This document shows, in pieces, positions 15,501-27,558 of a stretch of 64,000 bases of DNA (position 1 is the stretch's first letter; every line of letters begins with the position of its first letter). The notes beneath the pieces are model-generated. The model worked only from the letters and a program-made list of their open reading frames with translations, made no database searches and had not been told where the DNA came from. Both the position numbers and the translations under genes were made by a program. Origin of the DNA: Lama guanicoe (taxonomy: Eukaryota); contig MU053994.1 in NCBI GenBank assembly GCA_013239625.1, positions 2,113,589 to 2,177,588 on the forward strand. Direction: 5' to 3'.

Positions 15501-17619
15501 TGTTCAGACTCCCAGGGTCGGTTTCTCGGCAAAGCGTGGGCCAGCCTGTCCAGGTCATGCCAGGGGTCCTGGAGCTCCCTCTGCCCTGTCCCCAAGGCCA
15601 GGCAGCTTGGGAGCTTGGCCCAACGCCTAGTGTGTTCCAGAAAATTGTCCACCTCCCTGAATCCTAACTGGTCGCCCCACTGATCAAAATGTCTCCTTTA
15701 TGATTTTTGGTTAAGTCGAACATTTCCATAATCGTCATTATTAGCGCAAATTACACGCCTAATCGGTCCTTAAATAGATTTTAATTAAATAATCATACAA
15801 GGCTCATTTTATGACTTAAGAAAGGCATTACTTTTCGTTATAAAGTTTCCACCAGGATACAGAATAACGACAGCAGACAAATACTTAATTCTTTGAAAAA
15901 GTACCAACAGCCGATGGGCAGAGCATCATGAAAGCAGACACCCGTTTCACACCTTCTGGAATCGAAGTGGAGGCTGGACAGACCACAGCTGCACAACTTT
16001 CCTCCTGAGAAGGGAGAGGGGGTTTCTACTTCCAAAGCATTATTTCTGTCTTCTCTTTGGGGCCAGGGGAGAGAAGCCCCAAATGCTCCTCTCCCTTGCC
16101 CGTCTGAAGAGATTTCTCCAGCCAGAAGTCTCTTCTAGAGACCACTCCTCCCCACCCCCATCTGTTTTCCACCTCTTAGTCTGCTAAGAGCCATGGTGCA
16201 AAGCAGGCAGGCTGTGCTTGTTAAATGCTGTGTAAAATGCTGTTAATAAAATAATAAATACAAAGGATGGAGGCTGCTGGTTCCATGGGTGTTTTGACTG
16301 GAAATGCCTTGGCACTTGTCATGTGTTTATGGGAGGGCAGACAACTCTAGGATTTACATAGTTTGGACATTTCTGTACTTCATTTATTCTTTCCTAAATG
16401 ACGTAGGCCTAGAGCTATTTCAAGTTTGCATTTGTACAGAACTGTTAAATGCCTAAGAGTTTCTCCAATTAGACCAAGTTTTAAATCAGACCCAAGGCTG
16501 GAACGTACTCTCTGACTCGCCCCACTCCACCCCTCAGCCTCGGTTGCTGGAGAAAACAAACAGACCCTCAACAACAATTCGGTCCTTGCTCTCCCCACCT
16601 TCGCTCCCCCACCCCGTGGGGCACCTAGGGCAAAGGTTAAGGTGTCTTCAGATTACAGTCAGGGCCCTGGTGACACACACACTGGAAAGCACTGCAGTTA
16701 GGTGCATCCTGGCCATCCTCTAACCTCAAAAATAGTGAGCTAAGATGGGGGGGGGGGAACTGCTGGCCTGGTAAAACCCACTGTTCACAAAACAATGTCA
16801 GCAAAGGCTGGAAGGCATTCTTTAGAGAGGGACCAGGGATTCGTGCCTACTGAAGCTCTTTCAGCACAAAGGCTTTTAGGGGAAGAAGGGAAAAAGAGGG
16901 AGGGGGGAGAGGAGAGAAAGGGAGGGCTCCTGTTTCAGAGCCGGCATCCCCAGAGAGTCAAGAACCAAGTGTAGCTTCAATCAAATGCTGACTTCCCCTC
17001 TGGGAGTCGAGTAGGAAACCTGATCACAGTAGCTTACTACCGGCCTGGATCCATACAGGTCTGGTTTTCTTCTCCTGCTAGTAATTTCTTTAAATACATA
17101 TCAATATAAAAGAAGCAATCCCTGGCAGACTTTATTGAAAACCACACTGAGACCTCATAACATCCGGACTTAATCCCTATCAAACAAACCACAGCACCTC
17201 TGGCCTCTGCAGCAGGCCAGACCCTCTCACCTCTTCCCACCAGGTCTCTCCCCTCCAGCCGCGGCTGTTCCCTCCCACACCCCACCCCCACCCCAGGAAT
17301 GATGGGAGGACTTGCCAAAGAGCACCTAGATACTGGTTCTGGAATCAATTCCTAACCATATAAATGATCCCACTTAGGGGGAGGGAAAAAAATCCAAGAC
17401 CTTTCATATGGAATCCTTTAAAACCCAGAATGCAAAGAACTGTAACAAAGGGAAAGAACCCACAGAGGCAGACCCAGAGGAATACACTCAGAGGGGAACT
17501 TCACCTGCAGGTTGGTCCCCAGACACTGGCCTAAGCAGGTCTCAGGGGGTCTCAGAGGGCCTCAGGGGCGACAGGCAACGAAGAGCAACCGATAGGAACC
17601 TGACCAGTCATTCAAAGCA

Positions 17620-17790
17620 ATTACTAATCCTCGGGGCCTACTATGTGCCAAGTCTTCTTCTTTGATCCTAAAGGTGGATAATTATTCCCAGTCTTACAAA
17701 TGAAGAAACTTACTGAGGCTCAGAGGCCATAAATAACTTGCCCCCAAGGTCACACAGCTAGTAAAAATGGGCCACGGTCAAACTCAGTCC
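17620..17790 (-). mobile_element. MIR SINE fragment
   Basis: ttacaaatgaagaaacttactgaggctcagag...aacttgcccccaaggtcacacagctagtaa resembles the reverse-complement MIR core. Confidence 0.75.
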
Positions 17791-18539
17791 TGGAGTTGCG
17801 GAGAGGAGCCAATTATTGGTCTAATTGTGCCATTTGAAATCCCCAAGAAGTTTGGAAGGCTTCCTGAGCCCTTGTACTCATATACAGGGTGAAAGAATAG
17901 CGCTTAACACCTATGTAACTCAGTCCATGGGGAGCCTGGAACCCAGTTTCTCCTACACCCAGTAAACTCTTGGTCCATATGTAGTATTTCGCAATTTCCC
18001 CCAACATCCTACAAATCTCCCAACACTGGAACACCCTGGTGTGAGGCCAGGGATCCCAATAAGGCTGCATTTCCCCTCTTCCAGGAGCCCAGAACAGGCA
18101 GGGGTAGGTGGGTGCTACTCTTAGGGTCTCTGCAGAAAGTGCTGACTCCCGCTACTAGAACTAGGCTTCCCATTCTAGTTTTGCCACATAAAGCAGTAAG
18201 TCAAATTATCTAGACAGAGCAAAAGCCCTTTGGAAAGAGTGCCTACACCTACCTTTCCTAGGATTTTAACCAAAAACCTAGGGACCAAAGTGGGCTGGGA
18301 ATGGGAATTGAGAGGGAAGTGGCTTGCAAGATGCCAGACACCCGGGGGGGGGGGTGAGCGTGAAAAGCCAAGTCCCAAGAGAAGCTGGGAGCTGGGGTAT
18401 CTCTCCTTTCCCCAACTTCTTGTCCCAGCAGAGCTGGGTCAGCGCCCAACATCCCCTCCTCACCCCATCTCCAATTTCCTGGTCTACCCCAGGCTTTCAG
18501 ATGCTCTGGGAACTATCCACACCTGAAGCCACAGGCTCC

Positions 18540-19130
18540 ACACCCGAAGGCCGTCTCCAGCTCGGCTCAGAGGAAAAGGGGAACCGGCAGACTCTGCCGC
18601 CCCTGCGGGCTTCCCGGTCCCGGGCGGGTGGCCCGTCCAGAGGCCGAAGCTCCGAATGTGCGAAATGGCTCCAGGAGCGCCTGGGGCGGGCAAGGGCCTC
18701 GGCAGCGGGAGGGATCGAGGCGATGGCGGCGCCGGGTCCTCACCCCGCTAGCCAGCCGAACACGCCCCGGCGGCCCGGCCGCCCCTGGCTCCCGGCCAGT
18801 GGCTTTCTCTCTTTTTTAAACTTTCCGGCCTTGGCGATCACCGCCGATCGGAGCAGGGTTTCCCGCCCCCACCCCCAGCTCGGGGCAGGCCCTTCCAACC
18901 TCCGGGGAGGTGACCCCCGCCCCCGGGCACCGCTAGTCGTTGGCCCCAGGAGACCCCCGCCACCGCCACTTGGGCCACCTGGAGAGAGCCGCTTCCCGAA
19001 GCGATCAGCGTCCGGCCGAATCTGGGACTGCTGCGCCCGCAACCAACAACGGTCCGGGCCTGCCCGCGGCGCGCATGCAGTAACGCCCCCTGCTCGCGCT
19101 CCCTCGGAAAGGCCTAACGCTAGGGGAGGG
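18540..19130. promoter_or_regulatory. CpG island, BCOR intron 1
   Basis: Very GC- and CpG-dense by inspection; boundaries approximate. Confidence 0.8.
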
Positions 19131-20039
19131 GGAGGGGGGGAAGGGTTATAGGCTGCTTTTTTTTTTTAATTTAACTCTTCAGATGCAAGTTTTGGGTGTC
19201 CTTGTTATAATAGCGAGCGCTAGGGTAGAATAATAGAAATGGGGGGTGCCGGAAATGGTGCAGGAAGACCCCTATAACCCTATAAACCTCTCCTCCCCTT
19301 CCCAGTTACTATTAGCATTAAAAGACCCCAGCGCCTTCATTGCAATAGTGCCTGTTTATAACTTTTTCCCGCTGGGTCCCCATACCTTAAACGAGCCCCC
19401 TCCTCCCGTTTCGAAATCACCAGGGCAAAGATCGCTCCCAAATTTGTGACCTCCCAAAGCTCTTGCACTTTACCTGCTCTACCCCAGGCACCCTGACCTG
19501 ACTCACCCCCCCCCATCCTCCCAGTAGTTCCTCTGGTTTGCACCTAGACAATAAATTTAGTTTAATTTAGCTTCCGGTCTTTAATTTTAGCAGGTCTCCT
19601 TTTTGCATGCAAATCAATATGGCAATTACCATCTAAAAGCTCGCCCAGCCCCGGGTCAATGTAAATTGATCATTGTCCGCCTTCCACAAAATAACACCGG
19701 GAGTCTGTGGTGCATAATGAGATTATACTGGAAACTGTCTTTTAGATCACAAATTATATTTTATGCTGTCAGGATCTTCTCCTAGCGGACTTCCCTGCTA
19801 GTCTAATCACGGGGTACCAAGCCCCTGGGTGCTGAGGGGTGATGGTTGGCCGGGGAAACATGGCTCTAAAAAATAACCAAGGGTTGACACCCCCATTTCC
19901 GAGACCCTCGACTGGCGGCAGGCGGAAATGAGCTTGCGCTGGGAAAGGGGGCCTTCTACAGAAACGTCGCAGAAAAGCATCGTTCATTAATTTTCATCCA
20001 TCGGAAGGTCAGCTATCACTTTCCGAGAAACACATTGGG

Positions 20040-20890
20040 GGCAAACAGCGAGAGCCGTCGGGCCGGGCTGGAGGTTGGTGGACGTCCGGGGCCAAGTGCT
20101 CCAGACGCAGGAGGCCTGGCCACCCCGGGGGCGGCCTGAGGAGGCCTTCCACTCCTGCCTCTGCTGCTTCTCAACCCGGCCGCGGCCACCTAAGCCCCGG
20201 TGGCGCAGCCAGACTTGCAAACCAGACGGAATCCTGCGGGCCGTACACACAAGCAAAGCAGCCGGGGCCGGCCTCGGTCTCCCCTCCCCAGACTGGGAGA
20301 GGCCCCGCCGGCCGAACCGTGTGAGCAGGCGGTGAGGCCTCCAAGCCCGGAGAAGGTCCTTTCTCGCCGACAGCACGGCTCTCCCGCCCCCTCCGCGGCC
20401 CCCAGGGCACGGGTGTGACCCTGGAGCCTAACAAAGAGCCTTCAGAGCTCCTTTCGGCCTCCGGCTGGCGGGGGAGGGGTGGGGCCCGCGGGGGGAGGGA
20501 GGAGGCGCCGCGGCCCAAGTGGACCCGCGAGGTCCCCCGCCCCGCTGCGCCTGGCTGCGCCGGCCGGGCCCGGCGCCCTCGAGGAAACCACCAAGGTGGC
20601 ATTGTCGGGGCCGCCGGGCGCTCCTGAGGACCGTCCTGGCTGTCCTGGGATTTGGGCGGCCGGCGAGCCTCCCGCCCAGCCCCGCGGTCCTGCCCCGCCC
20701 CGCCCGACCCGGCGCGGGCTCCACCCGAGTGCGGTCTTCCCAATAAAAGCTGGAATTCCCGGCTGGGCTCAGACAAAGAGGGACCGCGGCAAATCGACGC
20801 CGCGGGCAAACCAAACCCTAGCCTAGTTTACGTGCGCGTCTGGGGTCACAGAGGCGCCTGCTAATCCACCCTACGCAGGCCGTCCCCGCA
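20040..20890. promoter_or_regulatory. CpG island, BCOR intron 1
   Basis: GC/CpG-dense with GC boxes (gccccgccccgccc near 20692); boundaries approximate. Confidence 0.8.
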
Positions 20891-22619
20891 TGGTCTCCTC
20901 CAGGAAAAGATTAAAAAAAGAAAGACTATCTCCCCTCCATTCCACCGAGAGGCCGAACTTCGCACTTCTTTCGGTTCAGTTTTTATCAGTGCACTAGGCC
21001 CTGCAGCACCTTAGCAAGCAGGACTTAGAGCAGCGCAACATCTCTTCCTCCTGACCCAGAGTGGAAAGGTAGTCCTCCTTCCTCCACCATCCATCCTGTC
21101 AAGGTCAAGAGCTCAAAATCTTTTAGACATCATCCTACCTGCTCAAGACATATCTCTTCCTCGTTCTAGACGGGAAGAAACTATCACCAGAAGTAATCCT
21201 AGTAACTGAGGGCCCTCCACCCTTAGCTAGGTCCCTTTGCCCTCAGTTTCCCTCTAGCCAAAGACACATGATTTCCCTGTGAATGAGTGTGCGAATGTGG
21301 TTGTGTGGCCCAAACTTCCGTGCCCCTGTCGGTCTCACTGGGCAGGAAAGTCTCCATCAGGCATTGAGTTTTTGTCATTCAGCCTGTGTGTCTAAGCATG
21401 GATGTATGCATATGAATGCTTTTTGTGTTTCCAAGTGACCCTCTTCACACCTTTTAATGGGCTTTTGTCTCTGGAACGAACTTACAGAAATTCTGCCCCA
21501 GTTTCCAGCTCAACAAAGTCTGGGATTTTCTCCTAGAATATGGCTCTAGGTCTCAGTATTTGCATATCCATGTTTACATTCCTCTCGGCCAATTCTTTAT
21601 CTCTTCTGTATCTCTTGTTCCATGTGGGCATCAGAGCCAAAGTGTCTTGATTTGTCTCAGCACATGTCATTCAGGCGTACATCTTAATCTGTGCACTCCT
21701 AACACGTACACCTCCCTACGATTTACACTCTTGCGTTGCCTATAACACTGGCTCATTCCCAGGCCAGACCAATATGGGTTTGCAGCTTAAATGGAACTAG
21801 AGGATCACCCTGAGACTACAAACCCTAAAAGGAAGAGGACTGGGAAGGAGAGGAGTGTTACTAAGGATTTATTTATATATGGGGTAACCCACCCACCAAT
21901 TTCAACCTCTGTAAAGAGCTAGACCAATGTCTGCAGAGCTGTACTAAATTTTTAGACCAATTCAATGTTGGCCCCCATGTATGTGTATACAAATGATCGA
22001 TCCTGTACACATCACTATCCAACTCCTGTTTGGAGACTGTCTCCCTGAACATATCTGATTCGAACTCTCCACAAGTTCATGGTTAAAAGTGTGTCTATTT
22101 ACACAGACAACTCAAGGACCCCTTTTCTCTCTCTGATTCATACCTATACACATTGGTCTGGCATTTCAGACTCGGGTCTTTGGTCTGCAGTAGTCTTGGT
22201 CAGAGGCCCCACCCGACTAAAGCTTTGAGCAGACCTTCCTCTACTGGATCGCTGGGAGGAATTCTGAGAACATTGAGGTCTACCTCTGCATCTCCCAAAC
22301 TCAGTTCCTTAAGTGAGGGTGCCCAGTGTATATGTTCACACCTCCCTCATTTAGAAGTACCAGGTCAAATTAGATCACCCACCAGCCACGTTAGGTTTGT
22401 CGAAGAATCGAGCTCAATGCACCAGGATGCGAGTGTGCAGACACAGAAGAGAAAGGAAAACCCTAGGCCCAGACTCCCACCCCCACCTCCACCTCCACCC
22501 GGGGGGGCTACATTGCCTCCAGGAATTTTTACTAGGCCCCTGCCCTCCCCCTCCCCTTACACTCTCCCCATCGCCTTTAAAGGGTTAAGAGAAACCTTCG
22601 CAGCCTTCCCTCAACCCTG

Positions 22620-23620
22620 GTCTCGGGGCCCGCAGGCTTGCTCGCTCACTCGCGGCTCACGGGAGTCTGCCGCCGCCTCCGCGGCCCGCCCCCCTCTCCC
22701 GTCCTTCAGCCGGGAGGGAGCCTGCATGCCTGTCTAGACCGATCTATCACAGGCACACCAACAACACCCGCGAGAGCGCGGAGACCCTGCCCAGGTTCCC
22801 CTGCCCGCACGGTTCCCGGCGGACGGAACCCTGGAGCGTGACCGCGCCTGCGGGGCGGGGATGGGGGTGGGAGCCTACGGGCGCTGGCCGCCCCGAGCGC
22901 ATGGCAGGTCCTCCCCGGCCCCGGCCCCCAGCGCTCCCGCCAGCCCGGCTGCCGGGGCACAGTCACAGCTCTGCGCGCTGGGCAGTCCTATTTTTATCTT
23001 GTCTAATCCCAAACTGGGCGGGGAGCACAGGCGTCGTGCTTAGAGAACAAGAGATAGGCGAGGGAGGCGGGGAGGAGCAGCCAGGCAGCGACGCGAGCGG
23101 GAGCGAGTTAAAGACACAGTCGAGGCGACCGAGAGCAGGAAGAAAGAGCGGGCTGCTAGGGCCTCGAGGCGCCGCACGCAACGCGACGCCCGGCGAAGTT
23201 ACACTCGCCTCCCCGCCGCCCCGCGCCGCCGGTCCCTCCCCACTTCCCAGAGGCGCTCTCCGCAGCCCGGACCGCGGGGCCCGTTCTGTGTGGGAGGCAG
23301 AGACCCGGCCGGCCCTGCAAAGGGCTGGAGAGAATCGCTAATGAGCTGTGCGGCCCATTGATCCGGAGAACACTTCCTAATTAACTCTCAGTCACCTACT
23401 GGTGACAGCGCCTCAAAGGACAGCGCTGAGGCCGTCCGAGCCCCAGCCCTGACCTGCCCGCCGAGCGCCTGGTGCCCGAACCCCGCGCGCTCCCCTTGCT
23501 ACCCCAGGCAATCCCGGTGAGTGGCGGCGTAAACCCGCACACTTCAGGCCAGCCTCATATTAAACCCGGACGGCATATTAATCACCGCCATCTCCCCGCC
23601 TTCCTCCACGCGGTGAAATC
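22620..23620. promoter_or_regulatory. CpG island, possible alternative promoter
   Basis: CpG-dense, GC box ggggcgggg near 22852; boundaries approximate. Confidence 0.75.
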
Positions 23621-24724
23621 ATGCCCCAAATAAACAGGAAAACCCACACTGCAAAGCCCAGACCAGATAGCAGGTCGGGGGTGGAGAGGGAAGGGTCCAG
23701 AAACAGACGTATTCTCCAAGTGTCCACGTACAGGAGTCTCGGAGGCTGACAATTAAAATGCCTTCCACACAAGCAATTCTGTTGGCAAAACCGAATTCAA
23801 CACCTCGTAAGGATTGATTTCGGCCCGCGGTGTCCGTTTCCAGTGCCACAGGAAGTGTCAGATGGCTAGAAATACCCAAGTCTGTCTGCGTTCACCACCC
23901 ACCACCTTCTGGGGTGGGACATTTCCTCCTCGTTTTTATTCCCAGGCCATTTTAAGGATTTTTCTCCAAGAGGCTATCCCTAGAACCAAATACCACTACC
24001 CCTCCTCTGGCCTTCTCTCAAAAAAAGAAAAAAAAACCAGCTAAAACCCTGAACTGTCTAGTCTAGACACCGGAGGCTGTAAGAATACCTATTTGAAGCG
24101 CGCTAGTTTCTTTTTAAGGTTTGTTTTTAAATACACATAACCCTCCCCCTTCCTTCGCTCTTCCATTGCCCCAACCCCCACCCTTCAGGCGCCGGCGGCG
24201 CGCGCCCTCGCGCGCGGGCACTCACAGCCTCTAGCTGGAGATCGCAGACTTTCTGGAAAAGATTCATTAACAGCAAATTAAGCCTCGCCCGTCCTCGGCC
24301 TACACGCGGCCAGACTCAGCCGTCTCAGAGACCCGGGGACGTGCCCACTCGAGAGTGCAGGCGGCGGGAAGCCCGCCGGGACCACGCGTGTCTCGAGCCG
24401 CCCTACTCCGCACACACAGGGCTTGCTTGGTAAACAGTAGGCGCAAGTCGCCGCCGCCCCGAGCCCCGGAGTTGGCGGAAGCTCTGCAGCGCAGCCGCCC
24501 ACCCGCTCCGAGCGCGGGTCCCGCAGCGCGGCGGCGCCTCGCCCTCCCCGACACGGCCGAGGATCGCGCCGGGGTGCGCAAGTTCCTCTTCGCCCTCAGC
24601 CTCTGCGCCGCACGCCCCCCGAGTGGGACCAACTTCCTCCGGCCGCAGACTCGCACACGCCCAACAGGGCTTCCCACCAGGCTCCCCGCTGCCCAGTGCA
24701 CGACCCAGGTCTCGCCCCCCCCCC

Positions 24725-25367
24725 NNNNNNNNNNNNNNNNNNNNNNNNNNNNNNNNNNNNNNNNNNNNNNNNNNNNNNNNNNNNNNNNNNNNNNNNNNNN
24801 NNNNNNNNNNNNNNNNNNNNNNNNNNNNNNNNNNNNNNNNNNNNNNNNNNNNNNNNNNNNNNNNNNNNNNNNNNNNNNNNNNNNNNNNNNNNNNNNNNNN
24901 NNNNNNNNNNNNNNNNNNNNNNNNNNNNNNNNNNNNNNNNNNNNNNNNNNNNNNNNNNNNNNNNNNNNNNNNNNNNNNNNNNNNNNNNNNNNNNNNNNNN
25001 NNNNNNNNNNNNNNNNNNNNNNNNNNNNNNNNNNNNNNNNNNNNNNNNNNNNNNNNNNNNNNNNNNNNNNNNNNNNNNNNNNNNNNNNNNNNNNNNNNNN
25101 NNNNNNNNNNNNNNNNNNNNNNNNNNNNNNNNNNNNNNNNNNNNNNNNNNNNNNNNNNNNNNNNNNNNNNNNNNNNNNNNNNNNNNNNNNNNNNNNNNNN
25201 NNNNNNNNNNNNNNNNNNNNNNNNNNNNNNNNNNNNNNNNNNNNNNNNNNNNNNNNNNNNNNNNNNNNNNNNNNNNNNNNNNNNNNNNNNNNNNNNNNNN
25301 NNNNNNNNNNNNNNNNNNNNNNNNNNNNNNNNNNNNNNNNNNNNNNNNNNNNNNNNNNNNNNNNNNN
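24725..25367. other. Assembly gap (643 N)
   Basis: Run of N. Confidence 1.
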
Positions 25368-25676
25368 CCCGCTCTCCTCCCAGCCCCCCAGGGAGGCGGC
25401 AGGCCCCCCCCGCCGCGCCCCTCCCTCCCCGGAGCCCACGCGGGGCCGCTTAGGTTGGCTGCATTTTTAATAACTTATAGCTATGAAATAAAAACGAAAG
25501 CGAGCAAAGCCGCCAAAGGGAAGCGCGAGGCGCAAGCTTCGCGGGGTACGCGAGAGAGTCGGAGGAGCCACCCGCCGCGGGCGGGGGCCTCGAGGGAGGG
25601 GGCGGACTGCAGCCCGCGGCGCTCCCGCCCGCCAGCCCGCACGGCCTCCCCAAGGAAAGGTGGTCCGGGCACTGAC

Positions 25677-25930
25677 CTGAAATCCCCGGCCGAGGAGTAA
25701 GCAGGGAGCCTGCAGCCCGGCGCTTTGAAGTTTTTCCCCGGAGCAGAGTCGAGGCGGCGAGGAGAAGCGAGGGGCGGCGGGGTGGGTCGGGAGAGGTATG
25801 CGGGGTTGGAGGAAAGTGGGGTGGCGACGTTGGCGACAGGAGAAGGAGCCGGGCGGGGAAGCGCGGCGAGCAGCAAAGTTTGCCGTCCCCGGCTGCCCGC
25901 AGCCCGCTCGCGGCGCCGCGCTCGCTCGCC
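25677..25930 (-). other. BCOR: BCOR non-coding first exon (5' end/TSS uncertain; could extend to about 26.4 kb)
   Basis: Donor CGGGGATTTCAG|gtcagt at 25677; joined to exon 2 gives ...GGGGATTTCAG-ACTAGACG..., matching my recollection of the BCOR mRNA 5'UTR. TSS inferred only from the position of the GC boxes. Confidence 0.8.
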
Positions 25931-26197
25931 TCCCTCGCCGTCTGCTGCCAGCCGGCTGCCCTCGGGGTCGGCCCCGCCCAGGGGTGGGCTCTGGGCCGGG
26001 TGGGGGCGGGGCGGGGCGGGGCGGGCTCAAAGCCTCCGGGCAGGTGGCGACAGCCCCGCGCGATCCTCCGGGCTCCGGCGGCTGGGCCGGGCTCGGCCGG
26101 GCTCAGCAGCTCCCGCGCCGCCGCTGCTGCCGCCCGCGCTCGGGCAGGAGCCCCAGCGCCATGTTGACGGATCGCCGCGAGCGCCCGCTCGGGCTGG

Positions 26198-26250
26198 GTG
26201 TGTGAGTGTGTGTGTGTGTGTGTGTGCGTGCGTGAGTGTGTGTGAGTGTG
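26198..26250. repeat. Imperfect (TG)n microsatellite in the promoter island
   Basis: gtgtgtgagtgtgtgtgtgtgtgtgtgtgcgtgcgtgagtgtgtgtgagtgtg. Confidence 0.9.
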
Positions 26251-27360
26251 TTGGCAAGCCGCCTCCCCTCCCCCCGTAGGCGCAGCGCTCGGGCGACAGC
26301 CGCCCGCCCGCCGCCGCCTCCAGCTCTCGCAAGTTTGAGCTCCCCCAGCCTCCGCTCACCCTCCGCTGCGGAGCCTCGGCGGTGGGGGTTCGGAGGGGTG
26401 ATTCCCCAGGAAAGGTTTGCCCGAGTTTCCCCAGCCGTCACTGGTTCCCGGCGCGTTTCGCCTCTCTGGGTCCGAACCCCGGACCACTTGGGTGGCGCCC
26501 CCCTCGCCCCTTGCCCTCCCCTCCCCCGCTCGGACCGAGTTGGCTGCGCACACCCGTCCCCGGGCGCGCGTCCTGGGCGAGCCAGAGATCGACTCCGGAG
26601 GCGGCGGCGGCGCGAGCGGCCCACTGATCCCGAGCCGAGGGGATGGGGGGCGGCGGGGGTGGCTCTCCCAGCCGCGCGCCGAGACTCCCCTCGCTACCCA
26701 GAAGGCCAGTGGAGGACCGCAATTACCATAAAGCGCCTCGCACTCCTCTCAACCAAAGCTGTCAAACCCCAGCGGCAGTCGCCGCTGCCTCCTCTCACCA
26801 CCAGCGCTGCGCTCTCCCGGTTGCGCGTCCCCTCCGAGACCCAGCAGAGCCTGGCGAGTGCGCGTTGGAGCCCACCCCCACCCCGAGTCTCCCCTTCCTC
26901 CTGGAGGAACCCTGTCCCGTTTTGGGATCAAGAGCTACCCGAAAACACCACCCTGGGCAACAGTGGCCATTCCGCCCGAACTCCGCGCCCGAGTTCCCCG
27001 GACGTTTCAATTGTGTGGGAATTGTTTGGAGAGGCGGGGGATGGAGGAGACAGCCCGTGGGGCGCAAGGAGGCGGGGGTGGGGGCGGTAGGGGAGCGGAG
27101 ATGGGCCAGAATTTCTCCCCAGTCGAGGGCATTTCATAGTCTGCATCTCAGATGGTTGGAGGGTCTGTCCTGGCCCCTCGCCCCGGCCTCGGGAGATTAT
27201 CTCCCGCGTTTTATTTTCCTTGGCAGGGAGCAACTTTTGGCTTACACCGTTCGCCCCATAAATTTCCACTCGGTAACGTCGTGCTGATCGCTGCTCGGCG
27301 GCGGCGTACAGCCTGCGCCCGCAGCAGTTCAATTCAATTGACACGTATTGAGCTTCTCCA

Positions 27361-27558
27361 NNNNNNNNNNNNNNNNNNNNNNNNNNNNNNNNNNNNNNNN
27401 NNNNNNNNNNNNNNNNNNNNNNNNNNNNNNNNNNNNNNNNNNNNNNNNNNNNNNNNNNNNNNNNNNNNNNNNNNNNNNNNNNNNNNNNNNNNNNNNNNNN
27501 NNNNNNNNNNNNNNNNNNNNNNNNNNNNNNNNNNNNNNNNNNNNNNNNNNNNNNNNNN
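27361..27558. other. Assembly gap (198 N)
   Basis: Run of N. Confidence 1.

Noticed and set aside
16878..16926. 49-nt pure purine tract
   Set aside because: Low-complexity tract, common in mammals, with no clear long mirror symmetry.
23495..23523. Plus-strand 9-nt micro-exon pattern (ccccag|gcaatcccg|gtgagt)
   Set aside because: Antisense to BCOR with no supporting transcript; easily arises by chance.
27240..27360. Odd-looking sequence just before gap 2 as a foreign insert
   Set aside because: Adjacent to a gap and may be low-quality read end; no recognisable element.
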